From the NCBI GenBank assembly GCA_949358305.1, contig OX442314.1:21700001-21764000 (forward strand): a DNA stretch of 64,000 nt. Direction: 5' to 3'. Both the position numbers and the translations under genes were made by a program. This document shows positions 1-12,930 of this stretch, piece after piece. Origin of the DNA: Strigamia acuminata (taxonomy: Eukaryota). Numbering within the stretch: the stretch's first letter is position 1; each line of letters starts with the position of its first letter. The notes beneath the pieces are model-generated. The model had not been told where the DNA came from. It ran no database searches and worked only from the letters and a program-made list of their open reading frames with translations.

Positions 1-220
1 GTTGAGCGGCGCTTCCAACTACCCTTTTGTCGACAAAAAGCATTTTTCCGACTATTACGGCAGTTCACGAAGTATTCGAACGAGCAAATTGGCCACGATT
101 TCCCGTGTAGTTTCAATTGACGCGGCTGCGGCAACAAATGAAGCGGTGCAAATTCAAATTGAGGAGTGTCGAGATATAGATAATGTAAAGAATGGCGAAG
201 AGAAAACAACATCATTTTGA
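1..220 (+). CDS. Probable last exon of an upstream gene (cytoplasmic tail ending ...KTTSF); identity unknown
   Basis: The frame is open from the window edge to TGA at 218-220. It ends in a T-S-F class I PDZ-like motif and lies next to a cluster of single-pass membrane genes. Confidence 0.35.
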   Translation, partial: LSGASNYPFVDKKHFSDYYGSSRSIRTSKLATISRVVSIDAAAATNEAVQIQIEECRDIDNVKNGEEKTTSF

Positions 221-376
221 TATCCATGAGCGACCAAGCACAAAAAGAGAAAATGATTCAGATATTAGTTCGGATAATGATCGGTTGATGAATTTTGAGG
301 TCATTAACTTGAGCCCTTCAAACATGGACTAATTTTTATACTTTTTTCCTTTTAATTTTGTTGCTTTGGTTTTGAA

Positions 377-1610
377 ATTATTATTATTATTGTTTATTTT
401 CCAAAAGAAGGGTGCCCCCCAACAGCCGAAGCCTACAGGGGGGGGACACCCATCAAACCACCTAAACAACCATCGTCAATTACAAAAACAAAAAGAGATC
501 AAAAAAAAAAAAAAAAAAAATCATAATTCAAAATAGAACATCAAAAGAAACACAACAGCAAAAACAAAAAATCAAAATTAAAATTACATTAAATCAGCAT
601 CAAGACCCAACAACAAAAGCATGCTCAATACCAGAGAGAGTACAATTAAAAATGTCAATATCACCCAAAAAGACATTAACGCTCCGTAATAAACGCCCAA
701 CAGGGGAGTAAGAGTTAGAAACAGAGAAAGTAACACGTGGGGTGCGCAACTCCCTCCCCACCCAAGGAACATTAAAGTGCAAGCAAGATAACAGACAGGG
801 AGCCACGACCTTGCCACTGATCAAACGAAAAACGAAAATGCAGTCAAGAAGAATCATATGGGAACCAACAGAACGCAAACCCAAAGCCACGAGCACCTCC
901 GAATAAGAATAATTAAATAGGTGATAAAAATATCTCCTATAAATCATCCAAGCAAAATTACGTTGCAGCCCCTCGAGACGGTTAAGCAGATAGACAGCAC
1001 AGCCCCTCCAAACCAAAGACGAAAACAAAATACGAGAACGAACCAAAGAAATAAACAACAAGCGAAGCGGACCCGGAGACGTAAAAACAAAAGAGAGACG
1101 AAAGAGAATGCCCAAAACCCTCGTACACTCACCGACCAATCGATTAACATGATTTCTAAAGATAAAACAATCATCGAAAGTCACACCCAGATCCCTTATC
1201 ACCGAACGTCGTGGAATCAAAACACCACCCAACGTGTAGGGATGCAAAAGCTTCACAGCACGACGGGAGAAAGAAAGCACTACTGACTTGTTGACATTTA
1301 GGCTCATGCAGTTTGCATCAGTCCAACATTGTACTCTATTCAAATAACGCTGCAGATCCTCGCAATCCCCAACAGTATCAATGCTGCGGCCCAACTTGGT
1401 ATCATCCGCAAAGAACGAGTGGGACAGACCACGAAGAAAGTAGGATAAATCGTTGATAAACAGCTTGAACAACACAGGACCCAGAATAGAACCCTGTGGG
1501 ACACCAGAATTAGTCACGTAACAACTTGACGTAGTAACCCCATTACACTTAAGAAAGTTATTCCTCCGACCTAAATAACTAGCAAACCACTTAATAAAAC
1601 GCGGGGAAAT
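377..1610 (-). mobile_element. 5'-truncated non-LTR retrotransposon (CR1/Jockey-group LINE): C-terminal RT half plus 3' UTR
   Basis: ORF 600-1517 has GVPQGSILGPVLF, FADDTK and RDLGVTFD motifs, and the frame stays open up to about 1610. The 3' end has a GC hairpin (411-450), AATAAA and an (AAT)n tail at about 377-397. Confidence 0.9.
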
Positions 1611-2366
1611 CAGTTACAACTGAGGAAGGAAATTAGATAATGCATATTTTCTTCCTATTTATTTATTATACATATATTATCTTAAAGTGAATGATTGAAT
1701 ATTGATGTTAGTAAATTAAACATGTAATTTCCATAAAATTAAATAAATGTAGGCTATAATTATAATAATTATAATTATAAGTTGAAAAAATGTATAATTC
1801 TGATTGCAAAATGCAAACAATAATAATTTAGTAATATTCACACAAACAAATAGTTTAAACTTTTTTATTCCATGTTATTCGTATGGGAGACAATTTTTAG
1901 CACGCGCAGCAAAGCAGCCAAGTTCCAGGGGCAGCACAACAAACTCATTTTTTCAAAAAACTCTTCAGTTTAATAAGAAAAACAATTGTATTTTCACGAA
2001 AAAATAATAATAATAATAATAATAATAACTAAACCGCATTATAAAACATGATTGATAATGTGACATGAAAAATGCATCTTGGCAAACAAAAATAGCGTAA
2101 AATAATTAATTGAATTCGAAAAGTTTTAAATTAAAGAGATACAGCAGAACAATGCAAGAATCACCTGCAAAGAGACAATCAAAGCGATTAGTCAGATCGC
2201 AATGCAGGTGGTGGACTCTCACCTGGTTCCTTGAAACCAGTCCACACACAGGAAGTGGAAGGTGAAGTGCCTGTTTGGGGTCAGGTGTGCAGCCAAGCGA
2301 GTCCTTGGACTATGAGTTGGTGGTAAGCCAATTTGCTTTCAATTCTTCTAAGGTGAGGGCCGCAAA

Positions 2367-4405
2367 ATGCCCTGGTCTGTCTATTTGGCTGTAACAATTT
2401 TTCTTCTCCCAACATGTTTAGCCGCTAGAAAAGGTAAGAAAAATCTCATTTCACCGAACTAAAACACCGCACCAATTTTTATTTATCAACAATATTAACA
2501 CAAACATTACAAAAATTAATTCATCCGACTAAAACATTTTAATCCGCGAAAACATCATTTATTTACCACCAACAACAAACTAAAATCTCGACAAAAATAA
2601 TTAAATACAAAAATATTCTCTTATATTTGCAAACTATTTTTTTTATTATACCGGATTTAAGATGTAGGTCTATCAAAGAACTCACCTGAAAGGTCAATTT
2701 TCTTTTTTCTTCTTTTCAATGCTCGCCTGTGGCTGTGTTTTCAGTGTTGTCAGTTCAGGAACTGTGCGTTCACAATTTAATGCGCCCTGTTGTGAGACTA
2801 TCAACAAATGGGCACTTTGTGTCAGCTCTCGGACTTGTGCTCGAAGGACTACACGCCTGGCCCCGTGCTTTTGACTGCACCGTCACTCTGCAGGTCACTG
2901 AACCGAACACTGTCATCGGTCTAAGTTTGGACCATCTCCAATTGCGAACCAATATTAATTTAGAGTGTTTGGATTATCTCGAGGTAATAAATAACAATAA
3001 ATAACCACAATATCAATATCATTGTTTAATTATTACTCAGATTAATGATGGCACGAATGCAATTCGATTGTGTGGTGACACGAGCAACCAATCGAAAGAG
3101 ATGCAACTTCCTGCAGCGATTCCTACGCATTTCGAATCCACCAGAGATGTTGTCACAATCCACATTTTCAGCAGACCAGCGACACCCGAGTACAGATTCA
3201 AAAACAGAGCGCCATCTCTCGAGTTCTTTTTCAACGCAGTTGCTTATTACAAAGGTAGATATTTGTTTGTTTTTCTTTTCATATAGTAAAATGTAATTTT
3301 ACAATTTTTTTTTTCACAGTCACTTCAGAAAATTCATGTAGATTAATGAATGGATTCTTGTGTGGTGAAGGAGGAAGATGTCTTCCCAAGAGATTAGTGT
3401 GCGACTTGTATCCAGATTGTGGAGAAATCAATGCTAATAATGATGAAAAAGCAAACTGCTCCGATTCTGGTGAATATTCATTTATTTCGAGACTTTTTGT
3501 GCAGTCAAGGATTTATGATGTACTTTTATTGCTTTATGCACGCTCAACTGAATTTAACAAACATATATTTCATAAGTTATGAACCTATAAAAGTTTCATC
3601 TTCAAAGCCCCTATTATCCCTTTGCTTTGTGTTGCGTATAAAAGATGAGTGATTCACTCTCATTGTGCGGAAACAAATGGTGTAGTTATCTCACTTGTTG
3701 GCCACCTGTTTCCAAGCTTTAGCACTGGCGTAGCAAGCCTAGAGGGCCCAAAAATCTTTCGCAAGTACACGCAAGAGTTCGTTTCCCGACTAATCCAATT
3801 CCTGTTGCATCTCTTTTGCCTCGAGTATTTATTTATTTAAAAAATACTTTTTTACGGCTCTGCTGAAGGGCCCATCAATACAACTTGCACACTGGCCCAT
3901 TAAAGACAAAACAACATCCAAAATTCATATCTATTAAATTTTCTACTAATTTTTTTATTTATAATTGATTTATTTTTATTATGATTATGTTTTAGAAAAA
4001 ATCTGGAGCAGAAACGATGATCCAGCATTATCTCCAATAACATTAAGCTTCATAGTGACCGCCTGCATTCTAAGCTTGATCAGCATTACCATCATATTTT
4101 ATTGGTCGCGAAATCACTTCCTCAAGAAGACCCTGCGCACTACCAGCAACCAAAACCTGACAGATCCGTCTCATCAGGTGAATTCTGACGTCTTTGTGAT
4201 CGAATCGTGTCATTACGCATCAACAGATGTCGCAAGTGCACCGAGTTACGAATCCCTCTTCCCCACAGCACCCACATTGACTCCTCAACCTTCGCTAGCC
4301 AACAATGAATTGCCACCCGCCTACGAAACGTTATTCGGTAACACGAGTGGTGCCAATAAAATGGACAATCGAGATCAAACGGCCACCAAACAAAATCCTG
4401 TCTAA
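2367..4405 (+). CDS. Gene A: signal peptide - CUB-like - LDLa - TM - PY-motif tail single-pass membrane protein (5 exons: 2367-2433, 2745-2983, 3041-3254, 3320-3469, 3996-4405)
   Basis: Exon 1 encodes MPWSVYLAVTIFLLPTCLA, followed by CUB-like segments (DCTVTL, CLDYLEI, LCG), an LDLa repeat (FLCGEGGRCLPKRLVCDLYPDCG..DE..NC), a hydrophobic TM and APSY/LPPAY motifs. GT-AG junctions keep the frame. Confidence 0.8.
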
Positions 4406-4962
4406 AAACAAAAAAAACAAAAAAAAACAATCTAAGGATTTATATAATGATTTAATTTCCATTGCTGATTTTCTCGGCAATTTTATGCGTACGATATATT
4501 ATCACTTAATTTGTTTTTATACGAGACAATTTATAAGGAATGATTTTCTATTTATTTAATTTATATGGTATTTATCATGATTAGGCTATTATTTCTTGTG
4601 AAATAGTTGTTTGGGATGAATGTGACAAAAACAATTCTAAATAAATGTGTTATTACAATTTTAACACTTTTCTTTCTTCATGTTTGACGTGTTTTCGAAA
4701 CTCCAGACTTTTTCTAACACTATACGGACATTCCAATCCAATATGGACTTGATTTGTGTAACGTTTGTGACAGCTTCGTGAACTATCCATTTCATTTCAA
4801 GGTTGTGAAGTAAAGTCTATTTTAATTAGGGTGTATGAAGTAGTATGACCCATGAAAAACAATGAAAAAGAAAATAATGGCTCTTATTTTACAGTTGGTT
4901 AGTCCCAGTCCCAGTTTCTTCCTCATACTTAAATGTTGGGCGCTTCCTAAGCCTCATGAAAA

Positions 4963-7900
4963 ATGGGCATGGATAGGAGCAAAAATCACATTTCATGTCT
5001 TATTATTATTATTTATTACACATTTTTCTTTATTTTCTGCAACGGAGACAGAAAACGTAAGTAATCATAAATAATAACTTACCGTAATTAAATACACAGT
5101 TAATCGTTATGATCAATTTTTAGATCTGTTTTTCGACGAGTTGTGTCAACAAAATTCACAGCCAAAAATTCATCTTAGTGCGTGGAAAAACAGAGGCGAT
5201 GCAGCAGTAACGTTGTCCTTAAGCAGGGATGATTATCCTTCCGGTTTAAACTGTTGTTTATCCGTAACATCAGATAAGAAATTAGCAGTTGAAATCAATG
5301 ACATTAATCTTCCACTGCGTCCTGGTCTGAGTTCCTGCTTAGACCATCTGCAGGTAAGTGGAAAAATTGAATCCTTCTTTTAGACCTTGATAATTTTAAT
5401 TTGCATTTGAGCGCAGATAGAATCAGCTACAGATATCTTATCTCTGTGCCGTCAGCAAGACATTGGCCATGAGACGGAAAATGAAGCTTCATATATTCTT
5501 GAAGCTTTACACATAGTCAGCATTTGCTTTTACAGCAACTCAAGATTGGACCCAAATGATGAAGAGACGTCTGAATATGGATTTACATTAAGACTGCTAA
5601 CATTTTCAGAAGGTAAGATCCAAATTGTGATCTGTAGTACCGTATTTTACCGATTAAGAGTCGCTCTTAAATTGTAGCCGCAGCTGAGACACCAAGAATA
5701 TCGTTATGTTTGCAAAAGTACTGTATTTAACCTCACGAATGATGAACGTACACTTTGTTCGTGACGTTCAGACTTCGTTTGTTACACTAAACAAAACCGA
5801 AGTTGTAATTGCTGACAAAAATGGCAGTTTTGAATAAGAGCCGCAGCTAAAATATGATAATTTAATTCCCGTTAACTAGAACAACTCATCTGAATGCTGT
5901 TTCCATTAGAACACACTTAGCAGCATTGGACCAAGCTAGTACTTACACTGCTGATCAAAATTATAAACTCACCCTCAAAATGTAGAATAAACCATACCAC
6001 ATCCACCAATTGTTTTGATCTGTAGGTATTGTTATTAATGCACAAAATAAACACATTTCCCATCAACTGAATGAAGTTGCTTCATTAGTAACAAAAATAT
6101 TACAAAATTCATGTTTGGACCGTGGACAAAATTATAAACTCACGTACATTACTTTGGATAATTCAATGCCAAATTGTTCTAATGTTCATTCTGCTGAAGT
6201 CAATTACTGAGCATATTGATAGCACCACAACAGCATTGTTTGGGCCAGATACTGTAGATAGCAATGCCACTGGCACGATACTTTGAGCTCACCACAGACT
6301 CATGAACAGACAGCAAGTTCGAAATTCTATAATGATTTGGTGTGGCTTTTCAGCTCAGAGAAAGGCAGAAGTCTGAAGATTATGTTATCTTAATGAATGA
6401 TCAACTTTTGTGTTCAGGTCAGCTATTAAGAAGGAAAAATTACAAGACAATGCACCAATCCATGTCTCAAAAGTTACAAAATCTTCGTTTAATCATTATA
6501 AAAATTATTTTATAAATTTATATTTTATTTTATTTTATGTTTTATAAATTATTTTTATGGGAAATGTGTTTATTTTGTGCATTAATAACAATATGTATAG
6601 ATCAAAACAATTGGTGGATGTGGTCATGATTTATTTCACATTATGAGGGTGAGTTTATAATTTCGACCAGCAGTGTATAGATGGGTGACCTGCAGGGAAT
6701 CCCAGTTATTTCGCATTCTTGTCTGATTGAGATATTGTTTCTAGGGCAAGAATATTTGTTACCTAACTCTAATTTGGTTTTCTCTAGGTTTCCCAGTTCT
6801 CGGTGCAAATACAAGGTTGGGTCATTAAGAAAGTCGTGCCACAGATCGCGGTTTGCGTGGCCTAAATCCCAAAACAAGTATTCTTCTTAAGGGGCCATGA
6901 CCATGCTTAAGCGTAACACTACTTATATTATACTTATAACTATGGTTTAAATAGGCATTTCTTATTTGTCAGACTAAGAAAAATTAACTATAGTTTGCGC
7001 CCGGTAATCTTCATGACAAAATCAAACTAAAAAATCCTTGTCTGTGCACGTATTACATATTATTAATTCTAAAAATCATGTAATTATTGCGTTTATATGT
7101 GCACAGGCAAGTGTTTGAATTTGGTAACAAGATATCAGTTCAAGCCCCGATCTAACTCATGAGGCAGCCATTTTGAATTTAGCTAAAAAAACAAAAAATT
7201 GCCATAAACCAATTTAAAAACCATTACACCCATGGTTTATGTTTTCGTCGCTTTTGATGGGAGTTTATAACTGTTTTTGGTGTCCATTCTGTCTGTAGAA
7301 ACACTAAAGAACACAAAATAGAAACTTTAAATGCACCTACTGTATACTTTAATCAAACCTCATACAGCTCAGTGCAGTAAATGAAATCATGCGAGCACAT
7401 TTTTTAAAAATGGTTTAGAAATGAATGCAGACATCTGCTCAAAAATCTTCGAGGGATTCATTTGCCACAACTCAACCATCTGTTTACCTCAGTCTCTCAA
7501 GTGTGACGGCGAAGAAGACTGCTTTAACGGCTTCGATGAAGACCAAGTCAATTGCATGGATATAACCACCACTACTGGTAATTTATCATCATAATCGATA
7601 AACATATTATGTTTCTCCGACAATTTTATTTTAAGAACAGAAGTAGACTCGCCAGCTGCTATTGGACTTTCTCTCCAAGGAACCATAACTTTGGGAGGAA
7701 TTGCTATAATCGTTTGTGCTGTGTTAGTTATGTGTATGTGGCAATGTCTGCTCAAATTTAGACCTGAACCGTCATCCCAAACCCCTCATACAAGTGTCGC
7801 ACAAACTGAAATTACTAACTTACCTGTGGCCATCTACACGGTTCCCATCAGCGGCGCCAGCAGTTCTGCTCTTGATATTCCTGCAGGAGCTTCCACGGCC

Positions 7901-8014
7901 AACTCGGACCGGATTTTTGTTGCATGCACTGCTTCTAGACAACAGAGAATAGGAGATTTACCACCATCTTATGACACTTTATTTGGAAAAAACAACAATA
8001 ACAAAGCAACTTAA
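4963..8014 (+). CDS. Gene B: paralogous CUB-like - LDLa - TM - LPPSY protein (exons 4963-5056, 5124-5353, 5417-5612, 7419-7577, 7641-8014)
   Basis: Same exon and phase structure as gene A. Motifs: LNCCLSV..CLDHLQI, LDLa FICHNSTICLPQSLKCDGEEDCFNGFDEDQVNC, TM GGIAIIVCAVLVMCMW, and LPPSYDTLF. Confidence 0.8.
5946..6675 (+). mobile_element. Internally deleted Tc1/mariner DNA transposon in gene B intron 3
   Basis: TA flanks (5944-5945, 6676-6677) and about 118-bp imperfect TIRs starting CACTGCTGATC and ending GACCAGCAGTG. An inner repeat CAAAATTATAAACTCAC occurs at about 6127. Transposase remnants IMIWCGFS and QDNAPIH are present. Confidence 0.85.
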
Positions 8015-10147
8015 AAACAAAAAAGGAAAAATAATCTATAGTAAAATCAAGAAAATATCACGACTCAAATTGATAAAAGTGATTGAATTTTGTTTTAACT
8101 CACCATTTTTATGTGTACCGAGCTGCTGTATATATAAAATAGGTCTATGATCATTGATATCGTCTACGATCAAAATCAACTCGACGCCATTTTTGCAACA
8201 AAGAAATGAAGCTATCGTCACTTACGTCGACAGTTCGGGGAAGGCTTTTTGTCTTCCGCCGGGTGTCGCTCTGTGCGCATGCGCGTAGAGCAATTAAGTG
8301 GCACCAGCCACATCAACAATGGTAGCATTCGACTAAAATTCGATTCATTAATTTATTTTTTTGCTTGGCACAAACAAGCCAAGCAAAATTTAAAATGTCA
8401 AAAAAATTAATTCCTGGGCTATTGCCAGTCATTTGCTCTATGCGCATGCGCGTAGAGCGACACCTGGCGGAAAATAAAAAGCCTTGTTAGAGCAAAAAAT
8501 ACACTATTGTATTTTCTTTTAAATAAAAAGAATATATCTAAATAATTGTGTGTTTTATTAAAATTTTCGAAATTCACATGACCACATTTCGACGAAACCT
8601 TCAATTTAAAAATAAAAACTAAATATATAACAACTCAAAATTACAGATTACCGAAAAGTGAAAAATTAAAATTAAAACATAAGTTTTTAAACAGCCGTTT
8701 CAGCATAATCTAACTTAATTCGAATTTCAAAACCTTCGTTATCTCGTCCTGATGCATGTATTGGAGGCAACGGTTCGGGAATTATAATGTCAGACGTACC
8801 AGTATCGTTACCGATCGTGTATTTCCTGGAGTATTTACAACTGCGACAGTATTTTCTGCCTACATAGCAAGCAGCTAAGATTAACAAAATTGCAATGCCA
8901 CATGCAGAAATAATTATGTAGTCCTCAACGTCTGATTTTTCACTATTAAAATTCCAAGTCAAGTTGTGGTTGTCTGTGCTGTTTGAGTATGACGCATCTT
9001 GTAAAGAAATAAAATTGGAAATTCATAATGAAATAAAACTGATAATAAATTTAAAATCAAGACAGATATACTTTCAAAATTCGGCGTAATGATTATTTTA
9101 AATCCTGAGGAAGTGGAATAATTGCATTTTCTCGATGAACATCTGTTGCTTAAACTGACAACACCAGGATTTGTTGTTACAATCAATCCATTGGCGGGCA
9201 AATCAGATTTTCGACACATGGCTCTGGTTTGATTTTCAGTTAGATAAAAATTCGATACCTAAAACAAAAGAAAAAATAATTGGGATTATTAAATTATTAT
9301 TTTTCTAAAACTGAATAACATTTTCTTACTGTGACAAAGTCCAAGCAGGTTTTAGTTTCATTGTCGAATGGCAAATTAAGAGAATTAAACTGAAAATTAA
9401 GTTTTGATGAATGCGAGGTAAATTCCATGGTACAGTTGAATCCGTGTTGTTGCAAACTTAGGTCTAATACAAATGAAGAATTTTCCGCCACAAATAAATG
9501 GCCATCTTTAGTGTGAAAACATGGCATAAACATTTCATCTGGAAAAAAAAATAAATTAATATATTCAATCTCAATCAATATTCAAAATCTACTTACGCGA
9601 CACATTAACGTATTGCAATTTGGAAATAATTAAAACAAAAGCTAAAACTGCATAAAAGTGCATGATGTTATAGAATGTCAAACCGTTTAAAAATTTTTGT
9701 CAAACTGATATAAAACGGATTCAATTTGACGCTTTTATACCGATCTGGCGCTAAAAAATAGTGAATTAACCAATGGCAATTGTTTGAATTTGTTACGTAA
9801 TTAAATATTTGAATAATTTGGGACCCGGAATTCAATAAGATTCAGCAATCAGCTTTCCTGCAATGCTACGGTGTTTCGTGGAGTTTTCTGTTCTCATAAT
9901 TCCATTATTTATAAATTTTGTTACTGAATCAAACAAATTGCAGAATTGTCAATTCGAGAATATTTAAATAAAAAATTGTGATTTTTGTGATTTTTATTAG
10001 CATATTTAACAAGTAAATACAGAATAAATACGTTTTATAAGTAAAAGCTTTTATATTTATAAATTAATAAATCGCCGCCAGATTGCGCTAGTATCGGCAC
10101 ATTTCTCCAAAATTCAAAAAATATGAACTCTTTCACATTAAAATGTT
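7963..10147. repeat. Local segmental duplication, copy 1 (tail of gene B + gene C1 + its upstream region)
   Basis: Colinear and highly similar to 11244-12930 joined to 25796-26179. Confidence 0.9.
8687..9663 (-). CDS. Gene C1: signal peptide - CUB-like - TM protein without LDLa, C-terminal PDZ-type motif ETAV (exons 9663-9597, 9538-9330, 9258-9072, 8997-8687)
   Basis: Signal peptide MHFYAVLAFVLIIS; FNCTMEF..CLDFVTV..MCRK CUB-like pattern with the same first three intron phases (1,0,1) as genes A and B; TM IIISACGIAILLILAACYV; tail GRDNEGF...ETAV*. Confidence 0.75.
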
Positions 10148-10782
10148 GTTTAAGTGAAACGCTATTAAATTTGCATACCAGTATACCTGTAGTAATATTC
10201 TTTTTATTGGTTTTTAAATAGTAATCGATTTTAATTTTAACATATAACAGGAGGTGTCAACAAGAGTATTTAGAAAAATAAATTAGTCATTTACGATTTT
10301 ATTTTATGTTTATTTATATATATTTTGATTCAAAATAACGAAGAAAAAATTATTAGGTCATAAAATTCGTATTTTTAAAATGACAAATAAGTTTTAACTT
10401 GTCACGTCAGTCTAAAACGTTTTAAAACTCAGATCGGTCCATCATAATAATATTTACTAATTTAATTAGTTTATTTTATTTTGAAAAAAGCAAAATTCAA
10501 TTTTAGACAAATATTTCATATCCCGGATGTCTCTGATTTAGGTATCAGCAGATAACAAATGTTGAACATCACTTGCGAGTCGTCTCTGCTCCCTACGATG
10601 CATTCAATCAAACCGTCTCATTTATATTTTTTAATCCTTTTTTTACAACAGTTTGTTTTTTCCGTGTATAAATTAGTTAAAATGTTGGTACATCTTTTGG
10701 GTCGTCAAGTGACGTCGTGTTGCTTGATTTTTTACGTTGTCAATCAACGATCATCACTAATGATCGTTGATAGATCTGCTTA

Positions 10783-11250
10783 ACTGAACATAGCTGATAG
10801 CACCACAACAGCATTGTTAAGACAATGCCAGATGGCTGTAAACTTACTCAGAGTGAAATTAACAAAATCTGATTTCATCGTGGATAAGGAGAGTCTCGAA
10901 GAGTGATTACTGCCAAAATTGGGGTATTGATCTGTGGACCTTATGGTATTGTTAAAAAAAATTCAGGATGGAAGAAAGTTCTATCCGCGTGAAACGTGCG
11001 CTTGGTTCACAAGCTGGCAAGAAATGAAAGAGAGAGTTGGGTCCAAATTAGAGCTCAAATTCCTCAAAAAGTGTCACGGCACACTGTTTCCCATACTTTG
11101 GCAATCCATCCACATGTTAGGTTTACAAAATGTAAGCAAAAACAAGACAATGCACTAATCCATGTCTCAAAAGCTACAAAATCCTCGTTTAATCATTATA
11201 AAAATCATTTTAATGGACTGGCCATCGAAAAGTCCATGCTTAAACCATCT
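10783..11250 (+). mobile_element. Degenerate Tc1/Tc3-like transposase fragment
   Basis: Contains QDNALIH and MDWPSKSPCLN (the Tc1 WPxxSPDLNP motif). Blocks match 6206-6240 and 6441-6505 of the intronic Tc1 element. Frameshifted and deleted. Confidence 0.8.
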
Positions 11251-11952
11251 TAAGACACTTTATTTGGAAAAAACAACAATAATAAAGCAACTTAAAAACA
11301 AAAGAGGAAAAATAATTTATAGTAAAATCAAGAAAATATCACGATCAAATTGATAAAAGTGATTGAATTTTGTTTTAACTGAGTATTTTTGTGTGTACCG
11401 AGCTACTGTATTTATAAAATAGGTCTATGATCATTGATATCGTCTACGATCAAAATCAACTCGACGCCATTTTTGCAACAAAGCTTCCGTCACTTCCGTC
11501 GACAGTTCGGGGAAGGCTTTTTGTCTTCCGCCGGGTGTCGCTCTGTGCGCATGCGCGTAGAGCAAATGAGTGGCACCAGCAATATCAACAATGGTAGCAT
11601 TCGACTAAAATTAGATTCAGAAATTTATTTTTTTGACATTTTAAATTTAAAGAAAATTTAAAATGTCAAAAAAATAAATTCCAGGGCTCTTGCCAGTCAT
11701 TTGCTCTATGCGCATGCGCGTAGAGCGACAACTGGCGGAAAATAAAAAGCCTTGTTAGAACAAAAAATACATTATTGTATTTTCTTTTAAATAAAAAGAA
11801 TATATCTAAATAATTGTGTGTTTTATTAAAATTTTCGAAATTCACATGACCACATTTCCAAGAAACCTTCAATTTAAAAATAAAAACTAAATATAACAAC
11901 CCAAAATTACAAATTACCGAAAAGTGAAAGATTAAAATTAAAACATAAGTTT

Positions 11953-12887
11953 TTAAACAGCCGTTGCAGCATAATCTAACTTAATTCGAATTTGAAAACC
12001 GAAATTATCTCGTTCTGATGCATCTATTGGAGGCAACGGTTCGGGAAATACAAAGACAAACTTATCAGTACCGTTAGCTATCGTTATCGTGTATGCCCTA
12101 GAGTATTTAGAAGTGCGTTATGTTTTACCTACATAGCAAGCAGCTAAGAAGATTAATAACAAAATTGCAATGCCATTTGCAGAAATAATCGCCATCATGA
12201 AGTCCTCAGCGGCTGGATTTTTGCAAAAAATAAAATTGGAAATTCATAATGAAATAAAACTGATAATAAATTTAAAATCAAGACAGATATACTTTCAAAT
12301 TTCGGTGTAATGATTTTAAATTTGTATCCTGAGGAAGTGGAATAATTGCATTTTCTCGGTGAACATCTGTTGCTTAAACTGACAACACCAGGACTTGTTG
12401 TTACAACTAAACCATTGGCGGGCAAATCAGATTTTCGACACATGGCTCCGGTTTGATTTTCGCTTAGACAAAAATTCGATATCTAAAACAAAAGAAAAAA
12501 TAATTTTGAATATTTAATTATTATTTTTGTAAAACTGAATAACATTTTCTTACTGTGACAGAATCCAAGCAGGTTTTAGTTTTATTGTCGAATGGCAAAT
12601 TAAGAGAATTAAACTGAAAATTAAGTTTTGATGAATGCGAGGTAAATTCCATGGTACAGTTGAGTCCGTGTTGTTGCAAACTTAGGTCTAATACAAATGA
12701 AGAATTTTCCGGCACAAACAAATGGCCATCTTTACTGTGAAAACATGGCTTAAACAATTCATCTAGGAAAAAAAATAAATTAATATATTCAATCTCAATC
12801 AATATTCAAAATCTACTTACGCGACACATTAACGCATTGCAATTTGGAAGTAATTAAAGCAAAAACTAAAACTGCATAAAAGTACAT
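11953..12887 (-). pseudogene. Gene C2: duplicate of C1 with a premature stop just after the TM and a shortened last exon
   Basis: Exons 1-3 are nearly identical to C1. The last exon reads ...CYVGKT-TAA (12120-12118) and then continues in frame to ...DYAATAV*. The retrotransposon is inserted 43 bp upstream of the ATG. Confidence 0.7.
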
Positions 12888-12930
12888 GATGTTATAGAAT
12901 GTCAAACCGTTTAAAAAATTTTGTCAAACT

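Noticed and set aside
3722..3900. Possible MITE with GGGCCCA motifs in gene A intron 4
   Set aside because: No convincing TIR pair or TSD.
5638..5850. Possible pogo/Tc2-like transposon end (TACCGTATTTTACCG...)
   Set aside because: No matching opposite terminus was found.
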